Assembly: GCF_021903335.1 (NCBI RefSeq)
Contig: NZ_CP074364.1
DNA: 32,000 nt
Source of the DNA: Xanthomonas cerealis pv. cerealis
GTDB lineage: Bacteria > Pseudomonadota > Gammaproteobacteria > Xanthomonadales > Xanthomonadaceae
Reading direction: 5' to 3' (one strand)
Shown piece by piece: positions 22,501-29,920 of the stretch (position 1 is the stretch's first letter; each line of letters opens with the position of its first letter). The notes under the pieces are model-generated. The model had not been told where the DNA came from, made no database searches, and saw only the letters and a program-made list of their open reading frames with translations. Both the position numbers and the translations under genes were made by a program.

Positions 22501-24462
22501 GTGCGTGGCCTGGCCCAGCGGATCGACCTGCTTGTGCAGCCGCCCCAGCGCGTCGTGCGCGTAGCGGCTCTCGTGGCCCAGCGCGTCGCGCAGCCAGGCC
22601 AGCAGGCCGTAGCGGTCGTAGCCCAGCTTGGTCTGCGCGCCGCGCGGGTTGCGCTGCGCCACCAGCAGGCCGTGCGCATCGTAGTCATAGTGCGTGGTGG
22701 CGCCCAGCGGATCGGTCTGCGTCTGCAGCAGCCCGCGCGCGTCGTGCGCCTGGTGCCAGGCGTGGCCGCCCGGGTCGGTGACCGACAGCAGCCGGTCGTC
22801 CTCGTCGTAGACCTGGTGCAGCGTGCTGCCGTCGGGGCGGCGCAGGCGCAACAGGTTGCCGCGCGCGTCGTAGGCGAACGCGGTGCGCAGGCCTTCGGCG
22901 TCGGTGACCGCCGCGGTGCGGCCGACCGCGTCGTACTCGAACACGGTGACCCCGTCCAACGCATCGATCTCGCACAGCGGCAGGCGGTGCTCGTCGAACT
23001 TGACCAGCGATACGTGGCCGAGCGAGTCGGTCACCTGGGTCTCGCGCAGCAGGGCGTCGTAGGCGAAACGGTAGTCGTACAGGCCGCCGTCGCCCCAGGC
23101 GTGCACCACCCGCCACTGCGCGTCGTAGGCGTAGTGGAACGACAGGCCGACGCGGTCGGTATGCCGGACTATGCGGTGCTGGCGATACTCAAACGTGCGC
23201 GGCACGCCCAGCGCGTCCTCGGCGGCGACCAGGTCGCCTTCCACATAGCGATAGGCCACCAGCGGATGGGTCAGGCCGGTGGCCGGATCGTGCAGTTGCA
23301 GGCGGTCGATGCGGCCGTGCCGCGACTGCACCTCGATGAAGCGGCCCTGCAGCCCGCCCACGCCGCGTTCGACGATGCGCACCAGGTGGCCGTCGCCGCG
23401 CTCGAAGCGCCAATGGTTGCCGCAGGCGTCCTCGACCTGCGCGATCGGCAAGGTTTGCGCGCGCGGCAGCACGCCGACACCGGCCGCCGGCGCATAGGCG
23501 AAGCGGTAGCGTAGGTCGGACTTGGTCCGCACCAGCAGGTCGGTGCCTTCGCGCAGCAGCCGCGCGCCGTCGACGAACTCGACGACCGGGACGCCGTCGG
23601 CGTCCGGCAGCTGCGGGAACACGGCCACGCTGTGGCCGTCGTGGAACAGCACCACGCCGTCGGCGTCGATCTCCAGGCGGATGTCGGCCGGCGTCTGCCA
23701 GCCGTGGCCGCAGGCGCCGGCCTCCTCGCCGCGCCCGGAACCGTAGCCGCGCGACCAGGCCAGCGGCAGCCGCCCGGGGATCGCGAAGTCCTCGTGTTGC
23801 ACCGACACGCTGCCGTCGCGGATGTCCACCGGCTCGGCGCGCAGCACCTTGCACTTGAGGAAGCCGGAATCCATGTGCTTGAACACACGCTGCCGCAGGC
23901 CCTTGAACGCCTTCGCCGCCCGCGCGCCCAGCGTGGAGCGGCGCAGCGCGCCCAGCGCGGCGAAGCCGGCATGCAACCCCAGCGTCATCCACGACACGGT
24001 CAGTGGCCCGCCGACTTGCACGTTGCTCGGGATGGCCACATTGATGCCGGTCGGCAGCAACAGCGAACGCAGCGGCTTCTTGGGCTTCTTGAACCGGAAC
24101 GGCGGGATCAGCCCGGCGAGATTGCAGTCCAACACCGGCACCGCCAGCCGCGAGAACGGGTCGCCGTCGGCCGACACCGTCTTGCTGCCCATGAAGATCT
24201 CTTCGCCGTCGTACTGCGGCCCCATCGGCAGGGTCAGCTGCGGCGCCCACGCGCCCAGCGGAATATGGATGTCCAGCCCGCCGGTGCCGGCGGTGGCGCG
24301 CTTGACCCCGTTGACGGTGACCGTGGCGCCGAGGAACGGCAGGTAGTCGAACGGATCCAGCACGATGCCGATATGCGGCGTCGGCAGCGGACACGGCGGC
24401 AGCTGATACATGTGGATGTCGATGCCCAGCTGCGGGTCGAAATGCTTGGCGGCAGTGCTCAT
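19597..24462 (-). CDS. Intact Rhs-family T6SS effector (rhs1, 1621 aa) with the same N-terminal ~1110 aa as rhs2 but a different linker, C-terminal core and 159-aa toxin
   Basis: AAGGAG lies upstream of the ATG at 24462. Translation matches rhs2 for ~990 aa, and all overlapping six-frame ORFs are identical at an offset of 6028 nt. It ends ...YHYHVDPNGCPTRV...YNRYRYYD...WMDPLGL plus a low-GC tail. Confidence 0.95.
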   Translation of the reverse strand: MSTAAKHFDPQLGIDIHMYQLPPCPLPTPHIGIVLDPFDYLPFLGATVTVNGVKRATAGTGGLDIHIPLGAWAPQLTLPMGPQYDGEEIFMGSKTVSADGDPFSRLAVPVLDCNLAGLIPPFRFKKPKKPLRSLLLPTGINVAIPSNVQVGGPLTVSWMTLGLHAGFAALGALRRSTLGARAAKAFKGLRQRVFKHMDSGFLKCKVLRAEPVDIRDGSVSVQHEDFAIPGRLPLAWSRGYGSGRGEEAGACGHGWQTPADIRLEIDADGVVLFHDGHSVAVFPQLPDADGVPVVEFVDGARLLREGTDLLVRTKSDLRYRFAYAPAAGVGVLPRAQTLPIAQVEDACGNHWRFERGDGHLVRIVERGVGGLQGRFIEVQSRHGRIDRLQLHDPATGLTHPLVAYRYVEGDLVAAEDALGVPRTFEYRQHRIVRHTDRVGLSFHYAYDAQWRVVHAWGDGGLYDYRFAYDALLRETQVTDSLGHVSLVKFDEHRLPLCEIDALDGVTVFEYDAVGRTAAVTDAEGLRTAFAYDARGNLLRLRRPDGSTLHQVYDEDDRLLSVTDPGGHAWHQAHDARGLLQTQTDPLGATTHYDYDAHGLLVAQRNPRGAQTKLGYDRYGLLAWLRDALGHESRYAHDALGRLHKQVDPLGQATHYDYDAKGRLLRIRSADGGQVQCDYDAEDQLVRYVDEAGAQTRLHYVGIGQIGKRVQPDGHTVEYRYDSEEQLVAVINQRGEAYRLRRDPLGRIVEETDYWGQSRHYQYDACGRLTATIDPMGQRIAFATDPLGRIVRKTLPDIRTPGQQVQEQFAYDARGQLVELRNRHRTATRRFDALGQVLEEVQDGFRVGYGYDEVGNRVLRETSAGNRIAFGYDLRDQVVEVAINDDAPIAIERDALGRTTREQLSAQVQRQFQYDGRSLLTAQTVLRDAAPLFETTYDYDRAGNLTHRRDSAQGVDEYRYDVLGRLLQHTDPKGRIERFFNDPAGDRLATRIHQVQMRKVAGGDDEQQVQWTREGSYDGVHYVFDRAGDLVRKGSPNGPEPDDLELLWDANHRLAESRKAGQTTHYGYDPLGRRVFKRNPTHTTWFYWDGDALLGEVKQAHDEPDAAPVWVGNVADLIGVKRRKEKLAKLHERTREYVYYPGSFVPLALIEKEQGPALHEAPQPATTTSIAQISRSDAPPVALTDSRGSDSTQPPTPSAPADMSPPQRTPSAPLGVLASSAPKLAPADGAAKPAMMAAPAAIKSGKQPGGGGLGTLGGDLALGQGAGIKMPAIGGALVDPPADVAKSDEASTDGEQKPSNLVALDMRLMGDPIVSNRMPDPISATSSSTADASVEMMTASRERELLPTGLVEGAATWRSAIYHYHVDPNGCPTRVTCGDGEVVWSANYSGWGRASESSSKINSFLRYQGQYYDQETCLHYNRYRYYDSTAGCFLSIDPLGFLAGDNLYNFGKNTIGWMDPLGLTVEKLTGDVLWDRIAREVDAAASFAEKALDRGITRGTQWGKIYQEILAGNERYANIPVQMARGNAIQQMADVVLSKNHYMQHEAQVQSNRGHMDGLKNARGNTVRPDYQARLKDGRVGIIDITTSGQRSKISKYGSVHATNAIHGARNASGGEPARGSC
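19600..20076 (-). other. rhs1 C-terminal toxin domain, unclassified
   Basis: The 159 aa after DPLGL are TVEKLTGDVLWDRIAREVD...GTQWGKIYQEILAGNERY...ARGNAIQQMADVVL...GNTVRPDYQARLKDGRVGIIDITTSGQRSK... The RPD...(h)IDIT stretch only weakly recalls a PD-(D/E)xK core. I recognise no family. Confidence 0.5.
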
Positions 24463-24756
24463 CGCTACGCTCCTTCGTCGCTACAGCGCACGGGCCAGCG
24501 CGCGCAGGAGCGCGCGCACGTCGTCGCGATGCTCCACGCCCAGCCACAGCCGCCGCGCCCATGCCGATCAGCACGAACAGCGGCCAGCACGGCCAGTTTG
24601 CGCGCGCTCATGCGGTGGCCTCGGTCAGTCCGGAACGCCCCGGCGCCTGCGCGTCGCACGCGGCGGCGGAACCGGTCAGGGCGGACGGATCGGGCAGCGG
24701 CTGCGTCGCCGGCGGCTCGGTCCAGGCGGGGATCTCGTTGTCCAGCGGATGGCGGA
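21131..24756 (-). repeat. Direct repeat unit R1 (~3.6 kb): tail of the 541-aa gene, small ORF and the 5' ~3.3 kb of rhs1
   Basis: Collinear with 15103..18726 at an offset of 6028 nt (6030 beyond the two indels). Every overlapping ORF-track translation is identical (for example 21659..21853 = 15631..15825, and 23271..23972 = 17243..17944). Confidence 0.9.
24465..24611 (-). pseudogene. Frameshifted counterpart of the 42-aa small ORF, upstream of rhs1
   Basis: The ATG at 24611 overlaps (ATGA) the stop of the 541-aa gene. Compared with 18453..18581 there are two single-nt insertions about 27 nt apart. From that ATG the reading becomes MSARKLAVLAAVRADRHGRGG..., which is not hydrophobic. The TM and C-terminal segments sit in the other two frames. 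Confidence 0.35.
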
Positions 24757-26233
24757 TGTCCGGCAGCCCGTTCCAGGTCGGATGCAGGAAGTCGCGCCCC
24801 ACCGCCACCACCTTGCGGAAGAACGCGTCGCCGCCCTGGATCAGGCGTTCGCGCTCCTGCGCGACGCGATGGAAGGCCTGTTCGAAACCGGCATGCAGCG
24901 CGGCCTCGATGCGATCCAGTTGCGCGCTGTCCGGGCGCGGCCCGAGCTGCGCGGCCTGTGCCTCGGCCTGCGCGTGCAGCGCGGCCACCGCTTGTAGATA
25001 CGACGCGGCGCACTGCTCGAGCTTCTGCGCGCGTGGCCTGTCCTGCAGCAGCAGCAGATCCTGCAGCGTTTGCGGCAAGGTGGTGGTGCGGCGGTCCGCG
25101 GGCGGCAACGGCTTGGCCGCACGGATCGCCTCCAACCCATGCGCGCGCGCGGCCTCGCGTTGGCCGTCCTGGGCCAGGCAGAACGCGGCCATGCGATAGC
25201 CTTCGATCACGAACATCGGGTTGGGGATCTCGGCGGCGGCCTTGGCCGCGGCGACGTAGGTTTCGGCGGCACGGCCGGGCTGGCCGGCGACGAACCAGGT
25301 GCCGGCCTCGCCGTACCAGCTCTGCATCACCAGGTCGCGCGCGGCCGGGTGCTGCATGGCCAGGGCCTGCAGGCCGCACTCGCGCGCCTGCCGATAGCTG
25401 GCGATGGCCTGCGGATACTGCTTTTCCTTCAGCCAGCCGCCGGCCAGCATCATGTTCAGCACCACCTGCTGGTCGGGCCAAGCGTGCCGCTGGGCCAGCG
25501 CCAATGGCCGCTCGACGCGCTGCGCCAGTTGCGTCGCGCTGCCGCGCTCCAGCACCGTCATCAGGTCGCTGAGCATCTGCCGGTAGGCCACCGCAGGCCC
25601 CGCGCCGCCCGACTGCGCCGCGGTTTCGCGCGCGATGTCGAACATGTCCAGCGGCGGCTCGATGCGCCGCGCGATCGCCGCGTGCCGCTCCAGCAGCGGC
25701 TGCCAGCGCGGATCCTCGTGGGTGTCGACCAGCACCAGGCGGAGCGCCGGCGACGGCGCCGCCGCCAGCGCCGCGTCCATCCAGCGCGCGAATGCATCGC
25801 CAGAGGTGGTCCGCTCCGGTTCCAACACCACCGCCAGATAGCGCAGATGCACCTGGTGGTAGGCGGCGAAGGAATCCAGTACCTCGACCACGCCCAGCGC
25901 GCTGTCCGGGTGCGAGGGTCCCGGGCCGGGCCAGCCCAGTTCCACGCCCTGCTCGCGCAGCGCGCTCTGGCTGCCCAGGTAGCTGGCGTGCAGCGCCTGC
26001 TTCAGCGCGCGGCTGTAGCCGAAGCCCGTGTCGAACGGCGTATCCAGGCGCAGGAAGTAATCCGGCGCGTTCCAGTCGCCGGGATGTTTCTGCGCCTCGA
26101 AGAAGGCGGCCAGCAGGCGCGCGGCGTTGGCCGGCACACGCCATACCAACAGGCGCAGCGCCGGGTCCTCGCTGGCCTGCATCCACGCATCGCCAAGCAG
26201 CTCGATACGTCGTTCGACCGGATTCTTGCTCAC
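24608..26233 (-). CDS. Unclassified 541-aa protein with a TPR-like helical region; positional candidate for a VgrG-Rhs adaptor/chaperone
   Basis: The GTG at 26233 has GGGAGGG ~10 nt upstream and lies 22 nt after the vgrG stop. GC3 is high. The central region looks like helical repeats (QYPQAIASYRQARECGLQALA...GRAAETYVAAAKAAAEI...GYRMAAFCLAQDGQREAARAHGLEAIRAA). I saw no DUF4123, DUF2169 or DUF1795 signature. Confidence 0.75.
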   Translation of the reverse strand: MSKNPVERRIELLGDAWMQASEDPALRLLVWRVPANAARLLAAFFEAQKHPGDWNAPDYFLRLDTPFDTGFGYSRALKQALHASYLGSQSALREQGVELGWPGPGPSHPDSALGVVEVLDSFAAYHQVHLRYLAVVLEPERTTSGDAFARWMDAALAAAPSPALRLVLVDTHEDPRWQPLLERHAAIARRIEPPLDMFDIARETAAQSGGAGPAVAYRQMLSDLMTVLERGSATQLAQRVERPLALAQRHAWPDQQVVLNMMLAGGWLKEKQYPQAIASYRQARECGLQALAMQHPAARDLVMQSWYGEAGTWFVAGQPGRAAETYVAAAKAAAEIPNPMFVIEGYRMAAFCLAQDGQREAARAHGLEAIRAAKPLPPADRRTTTLPQTLQDLLLLQDRPRAQKLEQCAASYLQAVAALHAQAEAQAAQLGPRPDSAQLDRIEAALHAGFEQAFHRVAQERERLIQGGDAFFRKVVAVGRDFLHPTWNGLPDIRHPLDNEIPAWTEPPATQPLPDPSALTGSAAACDAQAPGRSGLTEATA

Positions 26234-26255
26234 GCTTCGGATGCCCTCCCAGGCT

Positions 26256-28499
26256 TCAGCAGTTCAGCTTGATTTCCGAGCCGTTGACCGACACCCCGGA
26301 GCCGTCGATGACGATCACCGAACCGCCGGCGGAAATAGTGATCTTCTCGCCGAGGATCTCGATCGCCGCGCCGCCCACCGTCGCGGTGAGGTTGCTGCCC
26401 GAGGCCAGGGTCATGTTGCCGTTGGACATCAACATGTGGGTGCCGGTGATGCTCTGCTCCATGTCGCCTTGGACGCTGACCGTGCGTGCGCCGACGTTGG
26501 CGTCCTCCACGGCGCCCTGCACGCTGCGTTTGTCCAGGCCGGTGATGCTGACCTCGCGCCCGGCGCTCAGCTGCTCGGTGACCTTGCCGATCACCTGGCG
26601 CAGCGAGGTCTGGGTGACGGTCTCCTTCCACGCGCCGGTGCGCTGGCTGGTGTAGTTGCCGGTCAGGGTGGTGGCGAAATTGCCGGTGATGGTTTCGGTG
26701 TAGCCGGCCGCGGCGATGGTCTTGGTCTCGCCGGCCTGGTAGGTTTCGGTGACCGCGCCGGTGACGCTGGTGCTGCGCGTGCCGGTGACGCCCAGCGTGT
26801 CGTTGCCGGTCACGGTGATGCCGCGGTTGGCGCCGACGCTGATGCTCTGGTTGGACCCCACGTCCATGCGGTGGTCGACCGCCACGCTGGTGCTCTTGTT
26901 GTTCTTCACCGTCGCGTTCTGGTCGTTGAGCACGGTGGTCACCATGTCGCGCTGCGCGCGCATGTTCAACAGCTCGCCGCCGGCGGTGTCGTGCATGGTC
27001 ATTTCGTTGTAGCCGCCGCCTTTGACCGTCTTGGACTTCAGGCCGCTGACCTCCATGCCGAACGGCGGCATGTTGTCTTCGTTGAACACGCGGCCGGTGA
27101 TGATCGGCCGGTCCGGATCGCCATCGAGGAAATCCACCACCACCTCCTGGCCCACACGCGGCGGCGACACGCCGCCCATATCGGCGCCGGCCCACGGACT
27201 GGCGCTACGGATCCAGCACGAGCTGTTCTCGCGAAACTGGCCCTTGCGGTCCCAGTGGAACTGCACCTTCACTCGCCCGTAGCGGTCGGCGTACAACTCC
27301 TCGCCCGGCGGCCCGACCACGGTGGCGGTCTGCGGGCCGGGCATGCGCTGCTGCGGCGTGTCGCGCAGCGGCCGGTACGGGATCTTGCGCCGCAGCGCGG
27401 TGGCGCTGCAACGATAGGTCGGCGCTTCGGCCTGGCTGTAGTCGCTGGAGAAGTTGTTGCGGCCTTCGCGATGCAGCTGCACGACGAAGAACTGTCGGTC
27501 GTCCTCGCTGCGGCCGATGAAATCCGGATGCCGTTCAAGGGTGAAACACCCCCCGGCCTGCAGCTCGGTACTGTTGCCGGCGCCTTCGAACAATTTGGTG
27601 GGCCACGCCGCTTCCTCGCTACGGATCGCCGCCAATGCCTCGCCGACGCGGCTGTCGGCGAAACGCGCCGCGCCGTCGTAGTGGTAGCGCTCCAGTTCGG
27701 GGAGCGCGCCGACCGGGATCGACCGCGCCGTGCTGGCCGACAGCGCAGTACGCGGCTGCTTGAAATCGAAGCTACTCACCGCATGCGCGGTGGGGCCGAC
27801 CCGGCGCCGCGCCGACCAACTGTGCAAGCCGGGCGTCCGCAGCACGCCCTGGTCGGACACGAACGCCACAGGCGCCGGCTCGCCCAGTGCCGTGGAGGCG
27901 GTGGAATCGTCGGCCAGCACCATCGTGTGCGCGCCCTCGGCGTGCACGAACGTGTAGTAGATGCCGGCGTCCTCCAGCAGGCGCGAGACGAAGGTGAAAT
28001 CCGATTCGTTGTACTGCACGCAGTACGGCAGCTTGGGGAAGTTGCCGGCATTCAACTCGTACTTGTAATCGGCCAGTTGGGGGTATTCGCCGAACACCTG
28101 CTCGACGATCTCCAGCACGCTCAGATCCTGGAAGATGCGGCAATTGCTGGTGTACTGCAAAAACGCGAACCACGGGGCGACCTCGGCGCGATACGCGGCC
28201 AATTCGCTTTCGGCGCCGATCAGCGCGAACTCCTTGACGTAACCGTGCACGACACGGTCGTCGAACTCGTCGCCCAGGCTGAGCTGGATCGGCTGGCCGA
28301 CCAGTTGCTTCAATTCCAGGCGCCGCTGCGCGGACAGCAGGTCGACGGCGAACGCATAGGGCGCCGATACCGTTTCCGTGCCTTCGAAGCATTTGACGAT
28401 GAAGGTGTCAGGATCCAGCGCTGTGGTAACCCGGATCAGGCGCCGATCCTGGTTCAGACGTAGCGCGGCAACTCCACTGGATATCATTTCGGCGTGCAC
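26256..28499 (-). CDS. vgrG: T6SS spike protein VgrG/TssI (747 aa, no C-terminal effector extension)
   Basis: The GTG at 28499 has AGGAG 5-6 nt upstream. The N-terminus is typical of VgrG: RLIRVTTALDPDTFIVKCFEGTETVSAPYAFAVDLLS, then CRIFQDLSVLEIVEQVF, YCVQYNESDFTFVSRLLEDAGIYYTF and FHWDRKG. A repetitive beta-helix tail ends ...GSGVSVNGSEIKLNC. Confidence 0.95.
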   Translation of the reverse strand: MHAEMISSGVAALRLNQDRRLIRVTTALDPDTFIVKCFEGTETVSAPYAFAVDLLSAQRRLELKQLVGQPIQLSLGDEFDDRVVHGYVKEFALIGAESELAAYRAEVAPWFAFLQYTSNCRIFQDLSVLEIVEQVFGEYPQLADYKYELNAGNFPKLPYCVQYNESDFTFVSRLLEDAGIYYTFVHAEGAHTMVLADDSTASTALGEPAPVAFVSDQGVLRTPGLHSWSARRRVGPTAHAVSSFDFKQPRTALSASTARSIPVGALPELERYHYDGAARFADSRVGEALAAIRSEEAAWPTKLFEGAGNSTELQAGGCFTLERHPDFIGRSEDDRQFFVVQLHREGRNNFSSDYSQAEAPTYRCSATALRRKIPYRPLRDTPQQRMPGPQTATVVGPPGEELYADRYGRVKVQFHWDRKGQFRENSSCWIRSASPWAGADMGGVSPPRVGQEVVVDFLDGDPDRPIITGRVFNEDNMPPFGMEVSGLKSKTVKGGGYNEMTMHDTAGGELLNMRAQRDMVTTVLNDQNATVKNNKSTSVAVDHRMDVGSNQSISVGANRGITVTGNDTLGVTGTRSTSVTGAVTETYQAGETKTIAAAGYTETITGNFATTLTGNYTSQRTGAWKETVTQTSLRQVIGKVTEQLSAGREVSITGLDKRSVQGAVEDANVGARTVSVQGDMEQSITGTHMLMSNGNMTLASGSNLTATVGGAAIEILGEKITISAGGSVIVIDGSGVSVNGSEIKLNC

Positions 28500-29095
28500 G
28501 CATCTCTCCTGATCCGTTCTCCATCGCGAACTTAGCCAATACGGCGCCGCTCGCCAATCTCCATAACTCTCGCTTCACTGACTTGCTGGCTCGTCGAGCG
28601 CCGCAACAGGCTGGCAACGAGCGCCTCGCTGCGAAATGCGAGCGACGGCGGGCCGCGCGACCAACACCCGGACTTTGCCTGATCGCGCATGCAGGCGCCA
28701 GCATTTTTGCCGGAAGAACGCCCGCGGGGCCTCAAAAATGAAAGCATTAAGAGTTGTGCAAGCTATTTAACGACACGTCTACGCATCTGTGCAGCGGATG
28801 CGCTAAAGAAAGTGATTGGCCCCGGTGACGCAGAAGATCAACGGGATGCCCTGGCGGTGCGTGATGGTGACATTCCCTATAGCCACCAATCCGGTCATCC
28901 GCATGTTCCTACTGCGTCATCTGTGTACGGCGGCTTCCATGGTTTTGTTAGCCACTACTTATGGCTCGATGCTGCTGGTCATCCTGACCTAACCCCAGCA
29001 ACGATCGGGAACCGGCACCGTCCATCTTCTTTGGCCTCAATCTGGGCCTCAAAAACGCTGGCTTTCGGTAGATGTCCGTGGCGTTTGCTGGAATG

Positions 29096-29121
29096 AAAAA
29101 AGGAGCCGAAGCTCCTGTTTT
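29096..29121 (-). terminator. Rho-independent (bidirectional-looking) terminator downstream of tRNA-Gly
   Basis: The plus strand reads aaaaaa GGAGC cgaa GCTCC tgtttt. On the minus strand a GC-rich 5-bp stem with a TTCG loop is followed by TTTTTT. Confidence 0.6.
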
Positions 29122-29163
29122 CAACGAATCACAAACGCAAGTGGAAGTCTGTAGATCAAAATA

Positions 29164-29239
<76 letters not shown>

Positions 29240-29275
29240 TTGAGGCCGCGAATTCTACCGGGAACCGGCAGGCTG

Positions 29276-29911
29276 TCAACCATTGCCTTCGATTTTCTTC
29301 GCATTCTTGTCCGCCACCGCGGCGCGCTCGTCGGCGCGCAGGCTCGGCCAGGCCGCATGCAGGTACTGGATGCCGGACAGCAGGGTCAGGATCGAGGCGA
29401 TCGCCAGCGTCCAGTCGCCGATGTGGAAGATGAACAGGCCCATCCACACGCTCTCCGGCGGCGAACCGTCGGGCATCACCGAGTACAGCAGGCACAGCAG
29501 CGCGACCATCTGTGCGGTGGTCTTGACCTTGCCGATCATCGCCACCCGCACCTTGGCGCGCTGGCCGATCTCGGCCATCCACTCGCGCAGCGCCGACACC
29601 GCGATCTCGCGGCCGACGATCACCGCCGCCCAGAACGCCATCCACGGCGTCGGGTGGCCCTGCACGATCAGGAACAGCGCCACCGCGACCATCAGCTTGT
29701 CGGCCACCGGGTCCAGGAACGCGCCGAACGCCGAATATTGGTGGTAGCGCCGCGCGACCCAGCCGTCAAGCCAGTCGGTGAACGCGGCCAGGCCGAAGAT
29801 CGTCGCCGAGGCGAAATTCGTCCACTTGTACGGGAGGTAGAACACCAGCACCAACACCGGAATCATCACGATGCGCAGCAGCGTCAGCCAGGTGGGGATG
29901 GTCAACTTCAT
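29276..29911 (-). CDS. pgsA: CDP-diacylglycerol--glycerol-3-phosphate 3-phosphatidyltransferase
   Basis: 211-aa polytopic membrane protein with the CDP-alcohol phosphatidyltransferase motif DWLDGWVARRYHQYSAFGAFLDPVADK. It sits in the uvrC-pgsA-tRNA-Gly order, the same as in E. coli. Confidence 0.9.
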   Translation of the reverse strand: MKLTIPTWLTLLRIVMIPVLVLVFYLPYKWTNFASATIFGLAAFTDWLDGWVARRYHQYSAFGAFLDPVADKLMVAVALFLIVQGHPTPWMAFWAAVIVGREIAVSALREWMAEIGQRAKVRVAMIGKVKTTAQMVALLCLLYSVMPDGSPPESVWMGLFIFHIGDWTLAIASILTLLSGIQYLHAAWPSLRADERAAVADKNAKKIEGNG

Positions 29912-29920
29912 TGCACTGCT

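Noticed and set aside
24421-24462. A true prePAAR motif (AARxxDxxxH) at the Rhs N-terminus.
   Set aside because: The sequence is AAKHFDPQLGIDIH. The Arg is replaced by Lys and the Asp-His spacing differs. No TM region lies between it and the PAAR-like strands. I report it only as a loose resemblance within a finding.
6995-24756. Possibility that the large periodic repeats are a CRISPR array, IS elements or a composite transposon.
   Set aside because: The repeat units are 3.3-3.6 kb of protein-coding Rhs core with no short repeat-spacer periodicity. No transposase, integrase or terminal inverted repeats were found anywhere in the window.
28686-28700. Sigma-54-like element on the minus strand upstream of vgrG (TGGCGC-CTGCA-TGCG).
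   Set aside because: The GC dinucleotide sits one position too close to the GG relative to the strict TGGCAC-N5-TTGC spacing. No enhancer-binding protein gene is in view.
28689-29096. 135-aa plus ORF in the vgrG-tRNA spacer that ends right at the bidirectional terminator.
   Set aside because: It has no RBS, atypical mixed codon usage, and a His/Pro/Ser-rich translation with no motif. The terminator is already explained by the tRNA. It could be a degraded foreign gene, but there is not enough support to call a CDS.
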